Below, in pieces: positions 1-10,437 of a stretch of DNA of 64,000 nt. The stretch comes from Welwitschia mirabilis (taxonomy: Eukaryota): positions 16,474,062 to 16,538,061 of the forward strand of contig JBOZIK010000001.1 of the NCBI GenBank assembly GCA_051453625.1. The letters are read 5' to 3'. Every line of letters starts with the position of its first letter. The first letter of the stretch is position 1. The notes beneath the pieces are model-generated. The model saw nothing but the letters and a program-made list of their open reading frames with translations. It did not search any database and was not told the DNA's origin. The position numbers and the translations under genes were made by a program.

Positions 1-322
1 TAGTCCCTTTTCTTGTTGTAATATTAAAAGGAAAAAGGGAAGTTAAATGGGGTCATCTAGAAAGTTCTAGAAGTTAGTGTTAGGGTTTCTATCCTAAAAG
101 AAAATATATATAAGGAGAGTAAAGGCATAGAATGTCATAAGGTATAGGATTCAAGAGTTATAAGATTGTCTATTGAGGATGGCTTGTGTTCTTATTCTTT
201 TCTTCATTCTAATAGAGATCTCTGCATTGCTTTCATGGTTTTTCCCCACATTGGGGTTTTCCACGTAAATCTAGCGTGTTGATATTTGCATTTTTCTTTT
301 GCTCTGCTACATTTTTCTAATA
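1..322 (+). mobile_element. 3' part of a Ty1/copia LTR (solo or 3' LTR) nested in the Athila-like LTR
   Basis: Bases 1-100 (tttcttgttgtaatattaaaag...gggaag...ctagaaagttctag...tagggttt) resemble the reverse complement of the copia LTRs at about 32460-32566 and 36780-36856. TATA-like tatatataa at about 105. Ends at ...tttttctaata (decayed ...aaca), then switches abruptly to Athila-type LTR sequence. Confidence 0.6.
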
Positions 323-1382
323 AAGACTACTCCTATATAACTTATATCATATGAAAAGAATGTTTAGTAGTTCTTAATCAATATAAACTATGAGATCTAT
401 CTAGGTAAAACTTTAAATGTAATATGAAAAAAATAGGAAAGTGATGCAAATCTACTACTACTAATTAATGTAAACCTTAATAAAGGTTCCCCTTATGATC
501 TAAATAATTCAAATCTTATCACTAATTATGACTAACTTAAACCATATGGAACATGTACCATATTGAAATGAAGAGAAAATTGTATTAGTCCAAATGAAAA
601 TCAAAACAACATCCACTTACAAATCAGAACAATAGCACCTTAATGAGAGATACAGAACCTAACACCAAGGATACTCTTTTTTGCAGCATGGGATGGACCT
701 CTTGCCTTCCATCCTCTATCACAAGTATTGGGTACAAAAGATGGAGTGGAAATAAAGGAGGAGAAGGGTATTTATAGATTTTCAATTGAGTAATTTGGAG
801 GTAAAATGCTAAAGGCCTGAAGAAGAAACCCTAATGACCCACATGGGTTATTTAACACCATTTACAATGAAATTTATTGTAGCAGTGAATAAACAATTGT
901 TGTCCTGTCTATCGTTCACATGACAAAGGGGATGAAACCATTTTAACGGCTTGGGTAGTATGCCATGTGCTATCATTAGCCCTGTGGGTTACCTGTGCAT
1001 AGTCGCAATGTCGTCGTCATGATTGTCATCTAGATGACTATGCGGACGATGCCCTATTACCATGTGCTATTGTCAGTGTTGCAGGCTTCTATTCACATTA
1101 GCATCTGGTCATCTTGGGTGTTGTGGAGATGACTATAGGGATGACAGTCTTCTTTTGCTCCTTTCTCTTAGGTAAATCAGTCTCTGCATCATAAACTCCT
1201 TTTTCCAATTCTGTAGTATTAGAATAAGCCCAAGAAACTGTCAAAAATGCTAAGTATCACGTGTTTTGTTGATCATCCTATTAATTCTTCAAAGTCATTA
1301 GTATTTCATTAAAACCTATATGAGTATCCTTCAAAAGTACTAAAAATACTCCATTAAACTCCCACAAATTGGCATTATAACA
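323..1382 (-). repeat. Partial 3' LTR of Athila-like element A
   Basis: Reverse-complement similarity to LTR 9180-10416 (e.g. aaaccttaataaaggttccccttatgatct). Ends in ...ataaca followed by tagcctcctactt, the reverse complement of a PPT also seen at 14097, 22727, 54251 and 55902. Confidence 0.8.
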
Positions 1383-3319
1383 TAGCCTCCTACTTAGTCT
1401 TGTTAGTCCTTGACAAAGTAAGTAATCAACTAGATTATAAGCCAATTTATTTAAGATAAAAAATAATGCTTGCAAGATGTAAATTGAGTTCATAGAAGAT
1501 GATATCATCAACAGGTAATTAACACAAGTGTTAAAAAATTTCCTAAGCTCCCTACTTAAGCATGTCACTACAGAATAAATGCAATGCACATATAGAAATC
1601 ATAAAATGTAACTTGATGGCTCATAAAAGTGAAATTGCATATGCATAATATAGAATAATGATAATGGACTATTGTGACATATTAAGTATTCATCAACAAG
1701 GCAAGGAATAATAATAAATATAGCACAATTCAAAACATGGCTATAGAGAAACACATGATAGTGCTACTAGATCCTACATGATAAAGTGTATGAATACTCA
1801 CAAATTTATTCAAGTTACATGAATAACTCATCCAAAATAAACCATCATCAAATTAGACCTTGAATGCTTAGAATTTGCAAAAATTTATGCTAATCATAAT
1901 AGATTGACACCCAAAAATATGTCCTACCCTCCCCCCATAGGAGAATTAAGATGTCCCAAATTATACCATATAAAGAAAAGGAGTGTTTTCCATTTGTCAT
2001 GGGGATGATAAAGAAGGGTGACAAACTCCACAATAGCTAATTTGGGGAGGAAGGTAAAACCTTAAAAAGTCAAAAGACTAGAAAAGACAGAAATGCAATA
2101 GAAATAAGAGAGTAACCTGAGAAAGAAAATAAATAAATGTCCTAAAATTCAAATGCATGATGGAGAAGTAAAAAATGATAGTAGAGGAAAATGCACCAAG
2201 GGGAAAATACTGCTCAAAGATGCCTCAAGTGTGCCTAAATGCATGAAAAGTTAGAACTCATCAAATCAAAGAAACCTAGTAGAAAAAAACAACAATCCTC
2301 TAGAAAACATCATAAGAAATTAGAAAATAATTAGGTCCATGATATGATGCTGAAAAAGTATAAGGAAATTACTTTGAAATTTCTAATAAAATAAATAAAG
2401 AAAAACAAAAATGAAAATAAAAAACTAGGAACATGAAAAGATTGCTTAATTACCTTAAATGCTAACCTAATAAATTCCCATAGCAATAATCATAAAATCA
2501 CTTGATTAATGATGCATGACATAAGGTATAAGTTTATAAGATTTCACTCAATCAAGCAATGATTATGATGATGTCAAGTATGCCACATAATGATAAAATA
2601 AAAGTCTATTAAAATATAGGGACTTCTAAGATACCCTGTCAAAATAAACACTGAAATCCAAAAATTAAAGTGATCATGTGGAAATACTAGAAATAAATAA
2701 CTAAAGAAAAGCTATTTATTTTTCCATAATAAGGGGAGTGCAACCACTGTCAGAGGAGTAAGGACCCATATGGCATGGCTGATTGACCCCTTAGTAGAGT
2801 TCCTATAGCTATCATATCGCACTACCAAAGGCCTATCTTGGGAATATTTGCCCTAGTGTGCTTGCAGTAGGACATTATGATTACTATATATGTAAAAATA
2901 TAACATGAAAGAGAATAGTAGTTTATTTTATTTTCTTTTCTTTTCATGTTGCTCTTTTTTTTTAAATAATTTTTGGAGTATCATTCCACATGATCAAGTG
3001 CTTGTAGGGATAAAAGTAAAGAAATAAGATGAGTAACAAAATAAGATCCTACAAAAATAACTAATTACTTACATCATTAAAAGCTAACAAAGAATGAAGT
3101 CATCTTCCTTCTAAATGAAGTTCATATACATACGAATGTCTGAAAATTAGATTAAGCTAATTTTATCATTTTAAATGCCAATGCAAAATATTACTCATCA
3201 TGGAAACTTTTATAAGTAAATATAGATGTCAAGTTAAAGATATTCAAGTGATAACATGATATTAACCAAAGAAATGAGTTAAGAAAGAATTTAGATAATG
3301 GCAAAAGAAAGGTCCTCCT

Positions 3320-5423
3320 CTTGAAGAGGATCTTTCAAAACAAGTGCTTATATCATGTTCAAGGTTTCATCACAAAATGACTCATAAAGTTTTAACCTTT
3401 ATCCATTAACATTTTGGATTTATTTAGTGTTTAGATTGAGATTTTAACTAAGCTATTTAAGTTTACTTTTTCAATAAAATAAGGACCTAATTAGTTAGAA
3501 GTTAACTTGTTTTATAGAAGATGTATTTAGGTGTTACACAATAAGATAAGTTAGTCAGGTTCAAACTATTTATGAATAATCTTTTTATCATGTTGAAACT
3601 TGGCTTGAGACTTATAAATAAGTTGACGATGTAAGGCATGAGTACGTTTTTCATCTAAATGATCAAGTTGGGATAAATGAATTTTAATATTTTTATTAAA
3701 GTCAACAAGATTAAGTTGATGGATGGATCAATAAGAATTATAGCAAACATCAACTGGTAATATACATACTTTACCGTACACTAGTTCATAGGGTGAAAAA
3801 CCTAGAGAGTTACACCAAGTAGTATGGTAAGCTTAAGACATCATTAATTTTAAAGGACTAAGTCTTCTTATTGACAGAGACTAATTTTTAAAGCATTTTC
3901 TTGATTTCTCTATTTGCATTTTGAGCTTAATCATTGGTTTGAGGATGATAGTTACAAGTAATTCTATGTTTAACACCAATGGATAGAAGAATTTTTTGAA
4001 AGAGGTGATTAATGAAGTAATTTCCTTGAGCACTAATGATAATACATGGAAATCCAAGTCATTGAAAAATATGTGCTCTCACAAACTTGCAAATGGTTCA
4101 GACATCATTTTTAGTATTAGGAGCAGCTTTAACCCACTTAGTAACGTAATCCACAGCTACTAGGGTATTATTTTTCTCATTCAAAGGTGGTGAAATTGGG
4201 CCTACAAAGTCAATTCCCCAACAATTCAAGTATGGGTTTGAGGGGCATATCATCAGAATAAGTTAGGCTACCATAACAAGCATCACACTTTCAAGAAAAG
4301 TCAAATGAATCCTTAAAAAGAGTTGGCCAATAAAAACCAGAGTAAAGAATTTTCATGTGGTCTTTTGGCCACTAAAGTATCCCTTACAAAATACACCATG
4401 ATAAAGTTTTAAGATTTCTAATGTTTCCTATTCAAGCATACATTTACACATAATTTAATCTTTGCAATGTCTATAAAGATGAGGCTTATTCCACTCATAG
4501 TCATCTATCCTATGGAGAAAATTTTTGCATTGATTATGATTTCCATGCTGAGGAGTTTTATAGTAATAAGGTAATTTACGATGTTAGCATACCAAGAAGT
4601 GGAATGAGAAGATGAGATAGCATAGAGTTGTTTAATTGTAAAGAGTTACTCATTAGGAAAGGAGTCATTAATGGGAGTTTCATCATAAGAGCAAAAAAGT
4701 CGAGAAAGATGATCAGCAACACTATATGTTTTTTAGCCTTATCAATGATGGTAATATTAAATTCTTACATTAAAAAAATTCATCCAGTAAGTTTGATACT
4801 TAAATATTTCTTAGTTATAAGATAGCGGATGGCTGCATGGTCTGTGTAGACATTGATGTAAAAATCAAAAAGATAGTATTGAAAATGGTCTAAGCAAAAG
4901 ATGATAGCAAGAATTTCTCTCTCAGTGGTAGTGTAGTTGGATTAGGCACTTAACAAAATTTTGCTAAGATAAGATATAACTTTGAAACTATTCTCATATT
5001 TTTGACTAAGAACTCCTCCCCTAAAGTAATGTTGCTTGCATCACACATAGGTTCAAAGTTTTTATTCTAATTGGAACCCGTAATAATAGGTTTAAAAGAG
5101 ATGTTTTCCTTAAGAGTTTTGAACACAAGTTGGTAAGAATCAGTCCACTCGAATTTAACATCTTTTTCAAGTAAGGAGTGAAGAGATTTGCAAGTTTTAG
5201 CATAGTCATGAATAAATCATTAATAAAATCCAACATCTCCAAGAAAAGATCTAACTTGTTTGACATTAGTTGGAGGACTAAGGTTCTTAATGATATCCAC
5301 TTTTGAGGGGTCCATCTTAATCCCCTCTTTTACAATGTGATGGCCTAAAACAATCCCATGTTGGACAAGAAGAAAATGATTTTCCCAACTCAAGTGTAAA
5401 CCACTTTTAATACATCGATCTAG
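3320..5423 (-). pseudogene. Decayed gypsy pol (RT C-terminus, RNase H, integrase) of element A
   Basis: ORF fragment LSWENHFLLVQHGIVLGH...DPSKVDIIKNLSPPTNVKQVRSFLGDVGFY. Integrase motifs GFYWPTLFKD, WGIDFVGP and AVDYVTKWVKA are readable on the minus strand. Many stops. Confidence 0.9.
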
Positions 5424-6539
5424 NNNNNNNNNNNNNNNNNNNNNNNNNNNNNNNNNNNNNNNNNNNNNNNNNNNNNNNNNNNNNNNNNNNNNNNNNNNNN
5501 NNNNNNNNNNNNNNNNNNNNNNNATTAAAGTTACATATTTCATTTCTGAAATCAACTCTTTATTGTCCATACCATTGGCCTTCAACGGAATTACGACATT
5601 TGGATCACTCCGTCTATACTAGCGTGTCGTATTTTGCATCTTATTGATAATTAACATGATTGAATTTGAACGTGAACTATTGCACAAATACACACCGCAA
5701 CACTCTATTTTATTCAATAATACAGCTCCATTCTTATGTAAGGATAAGTTTCCTTCTTAAAGAGTAAAATAAATTACTTTTCAAAAGCCTCTATTATCTT
5801 TATCAATAAATCTAAGATTATGATGAAAGAATCATGGAATCTAGATTAAAAAAGTAATGACAAGATAATATAGAAGCTCATCTATTAGTATTATTAGCTC
5901 TCTTACTTCCTCATTTATGTTGGATTTTCTCTTGGTTCCTACAACATGTGTCCTAACAATTCTTTTAATAACCTAGTCGACGAACTTATTAAAAGCAAAG
6001 AGTAAAGAAATTTGTATAAATTATTAGAGGATAATTATACTACTTTATTAATTGTATTTAATCATTAATAGCTATTTTTTAGTGTTTGTGTAGTTCATAT
6101 TATTAAGTAGTTATAGTTAAATTCTAAAGTTACATATGTATACTCTGAGAGAAAAATATCCTATTGGACTACGTAAAATCACATGAGAATTGTACTTTTA
6201 AGTAACTCAACAAATATAAAAATTCTTAGCTTTTTTTAATTAGCTCAAATTTGTTAAATTTTTTTAATTATCTTAAATTGGTTATAGAATTTATTCTATA
6301 TTTTTTGATTTTTAGTGACTTTTCTTAGTACATTACTTTTCACATTATATTAATTTCTTATTCTAGTAGGATAAATGGAATGAATGACATAAATGTAGGA
6401 GTATAGGATATCTAATGAATGAGGAAGGAAAGGGACGTATTTGAATGTAATAGGGGTGATTATACATTATAATTTCAAAAAAAAAAAAAGAAAAATATGA
6501 TTATTATATTGTGTTTTAGTTTCTCTAGTTAAGATATTA

Positions 6540-6956
6540 TATGGTACTTTTAAATAAATATCCTAAAACCATACTATTTAATGGTATTTTTGAATAAATA
6601 CCCTGAAAGTTCACTGTTTTGGAGCATTTTATACTTGCCCTAAAAAATACCTTTTAGGGAATTTAAAAAAAAAACCCAAAAAGGTTGCTTTTAGAAACAT
6701 GCTATAATTGTGGACTTTTAGGGCATTTGAAAAGAAATTCCTTAAAAAGACTCTTTTTATAGATATTTTTAGAAGTGTCTCAAAAAAAATGCTTGTAAGG
6801 CATTTAAAAAAAATGCCCTAAAACTGCTCAGAGTCTTTATTGTGAATCTTTTTATAGTGATTTTTAAAGAAATGCACTTAAAACGTTTATAGCATTTTTT
6901 TTATACCCTTTTAAGGCATTTCTTAAATGCCATAAAAGGTCAAAAATCTAGTAATG
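6540..6956. mobile_element. CACTA (En/Spm) DNA transposon terminus with subterminal inverted-repeat units
   Basis: About 8-10 head-to-head units of TTTTAGGGCATTT-spacer-AAATGCCCTAAAA (e.g. ttttaaggcatttcttaaatgccataaaagg). The array ends in tctagtaatg (6947-6956), one G>A away from TCTAGTAGTG, the reverse complement of CACTACTAGA. Confidence 0.6.
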
Positions 6957-9179
6957 GATTTTACTTTAAAAAATTATCACTTTCATAAAAGTAAGGAAAT
7001 GGATGATTTCGCTATAGTGATTGACAAAGCCATAACTAGAACCTAAACATTTCTTCACAATGAATTTAAAATTTCAATTTGAAAGGCATTTTCCAAAGTG
7101 ATGAACACTTTCATATAAGTAACTAATACCAATAGAATTTTTTGTTTGTTTAGCTCCTTATTTTAGCATAAGTTTTGAAATGCAACTTATTATTTAAGAA
7201 CATCATTAAAAACATGGAAGTTTACATATGACATTAAAATGATAAAAGACATATTTTTATGATTAAAGTAGTTAATTTAATAACTTCACTACGATAAATT
7301 TTCTTACTATACTTGAGATAAATGTCAATTTTTACATCTTTTGAATTTCCTTTTTATAATAACATTTATTTATAATTTAAGTTATTTGATTTATTGATCA
7401 AAAAAAATTAGACATATGGAATATCTCAACCCTATGTTTGTAATATTGAATCCACATCCAAATGATTCTTAGGATATGACAAGATTAGTCATGATTAGTT
7501 TAGCTAGTTTCTTATCACTTTTTATCTCCCTTTTAAATATTTAATTTTTTTCTTCACTACCTATTATACACTTAAGTGTTAAAGTAATATATTGTACTCT
7601 TTTTACATTAATTAGTATCTTGGATTCTATACCAAATTCTATGAGACTTACTTAATAGCTTATATTTACTTCACATCTACCTTTAAGAACATAACTATTT
7701 CATCCATGAAGTGGTTGTAAAGAAAGTAGTTCACATCATGTATTGTGAGTCCTATTTTTCTTTCTTATCTAATGCATTCATGTAGATATACTAGAACTAT
7801 TATAAAAATGAAGGATGAGATAGCATCCTATTATGTTAAAACCTTTCCTACTCCAAAAATGTAATCAATTATTTGATTTAACTTCAAACTAAATCCCGCT
7901 ATTTATTACATTTAAATAACTAGTATCATAAACTTGTCAAGAAACAAATAAGTTAAGAAACTCTAAAAGATACTATCATAGTTATTTTTAATATATAATT
8001 TTAAGATACGCACATTTTTCCTTAAATGGAATGCAAAATTTCATAATTGAGAATTCCTTAATCTATGATACTTCTTCTTTTCAAGAATCCTACTTCATTA
8101 GGGTGCCTCAACTAGTGAAGATGAGGATGGATCCTCTTAATTCAAATTTTTGAGAATAATTTATATATTATGTTGCACATTATAATTAGTCTAAAATCCT
8201 ATGAATCTATAGCTTTCATCTTCTTTAAAATTATATTTATGTTCATATTATTTTAGAAATACAAAACTTAGTCATCCTTTAAAACTTTATTAACTATTAC
8301 CTCTATTAATCCTCTCATGTATAACTAATATATTTTGAAGAACTCTATTAATGATTCATCTGTTTCTGAAGTTTTTTTTCATTTCATAGCTTTTAATTCC
8401 TTTTATACTTCATCATTCTTAATATATCTAAGGGGATTTATCCTATCAAGTATTTATCCACAGGTATGATTTCTTTTTTTCCTTTAGTTGTTAAAGACTA
8501 TAATAAAGGCTTCATGCATAGTATTTCTAGAATAAATCCTTTCCATCCATTTTATATCTCTTATGATGTTTTATTCTCTTTTATAACTAAATAAGTTAAA
8601 GGAAAGACATGGATGTTTTTATGTCCATTCTTTATCTAGTTTATGTATGTTATCTATCTCTAATAAACTTCTTCTTACATTTTTGATGTTATGTAGTTCC
8701 AATTATTTTTTCATTCCTATTTCTGGTTGTCTTCTAATTCTTATCCTTTTAATTTCTCCCTTAATACTTAATTTAAATTCTCTTTTTATCTCATTTTGTA
8801 CCTCCATTTTCTAATATACTCTTTTATCTTTTTTTTTTATATGTTATAGTCTTTTTAAATTGATTTGTTTAAGTATTCTATTAAAGAGGTTCTTAATTCT
8901 TTCAAAAAAAATTCCACTTATTTCACCTATAGATAGGTAGTTTAAAGATAAAATAATCCTTCTTATGAACAACTTTAAAGAGGTTTTTTAACTTCACTAC
9001 ATTGAATCAAATGATGTGAGTAGTTCAAGATAAAAAAGGATTAAATTTAAAAAATTTTAAAGTTTATAACTATCTCAATGCTAGTGTAACCAAGATTTAA
9101 AAATAATGATCATAAGCATATAGATCTTTGATGGATTAAATCTTAGTAAATATGTTTATATCAACTTGTTTAAGAAGAC

Positions 9180-10416
9180 TGTTGTGATGTGAAATTATGT
9201 GTATTTGATGGGGTTTTCTAAGTATTTTTATATGACATTTGAATAGGTTTAGATGAAATTCTTGTGATCATGGAAAGTCAATGTAATGATTGTGTAAACA
9301 TGCAATTCTTGATATATTTGGAGGTATTTTAGGCATATTTTGATACTTAGCATTTTGAAAAAAAGACCATTAATGTAGGAGGCTAATTTCTCTTAGCTAA
9401 AAAGGTAAGGAAGCCTTTCATCTCCTTCATCATTTCTATGACTTATAAGGTAACACTGATGCTAATATGGACTAAAGCTATAAAGCTAATTATAATGCTA
9501 AAATCTTGTAACTCATTTTGTATTATGGTGTATCATCTCTAGTGTTGTTTAGATGACAGTCAAGATGACAACTATTTTTTATGAGCAAAATGACTTATCT
9601 TTTTAATGGAGTTTTACCTCATTTGAGTTGCTAGGGTTTCATCTCTGACTTCTAGGTTTTTACTTCTAGAATATTTAATGTAAAACCATAAATACCCCTT
9701 TTGTCCTCTCTCCTAATTCATCTTTTATATCAAAGGGCAAGAGGTTCATCCCTAGCTATAGAGAGAGGTTTTTCTTAGTGTTGGACTGTGTATCCTCCAT
9801 TAAGGTGATACTACTTTATAAGTGGATGCTTAATTCATTCAAAGATTAATACAAAGTCTATTTTACTTTTATTGTGTGCATCTCCCTTATGGTTTATGTT
9901 GGTTATGATTTTCTGTGACAACTTCATAATTGATCTAAATCATAAGGGAAACCTTTATTAAGGTTGACACTATTAGTTTAGATTTTTCATTTATTCCATA
10001 TTACATTTTCATATTGCATATTTTTTGTGATGTATCTTATAGCCTATGTTGGTTAGGATTAAGTGGTAATTCTTATTAATTAATCTAAGTTATAAGGATT
10101 TATCTTTATAATAAAAAGATTGGTAGTTAAATAGATTCATTACTTAAGTTAGTGTATTTGCATTTCATCTATAAGCATTACATTATCATTCATCTTGCAT
10201 TATATTTATGCATTATCTTTCATTTTTATTTACTTAAAAGAAAAAACTAAAAATCCTTTATTAAGTCAATTTTCTAACTTCTAGTCTTAGTACCTTTAAA
10301 AGATTATAACATTTGGGTCAACTTCTATGTATACTAGTGTGTGTTTTTATAATAGTATATGTGATTGACAAAATCTACTTAAGAACTTAAAGATTATAAA
10401 AATTCACATCACAACA
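9180..10416 (+). repeat. 5' LTR of Athila-like element B
   Basis: Starts tgttgtgatgtgaa and ends ttcacatcacaaca, a perfect 14-bp terminal inverted repeat. Followed by a PBS. Confidence 0.9.
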
Positions 10417-10419
10417 TTT

Positions 10420-10437
10420 TAGCATCATTGCTAGGGA
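10420..10437 (+). other. Primer-binding site, tRNA-Asp type (decayed)
   Basis: tagcatcattgctaggga versus the Athila PBS tggcgccgttgccgggga, 3 nt after the LTR end. Confidence 0.8.

Larger units (their letters stand above)
323..5423 (-). mobile_element. Athila-like Ty3/gypsy LTR retrotransposon A (3' half, cut by an N-gap)
   Basis: 3' LTR, PPT, about 1.9 kb 3' UTR, then INT, RNase H and RT C-terminus, i.e. gypsy domain order on the minus strand. Confidence 0.85.

Noticed and set aside
6650..6730. TTTAGGG as interstitial telomere repeat
   Set aside because: Isolated copies inside inverted subterminal units, not a tandem array.
7000..9179. Possible endogenous caulimovirid (movement protein) remnant, also 30320-31950
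   Set aside because: Coding-like strand bias is present, but no motif could be read with confidence. TBLASTN against Caulimoviridae proteins is needed.
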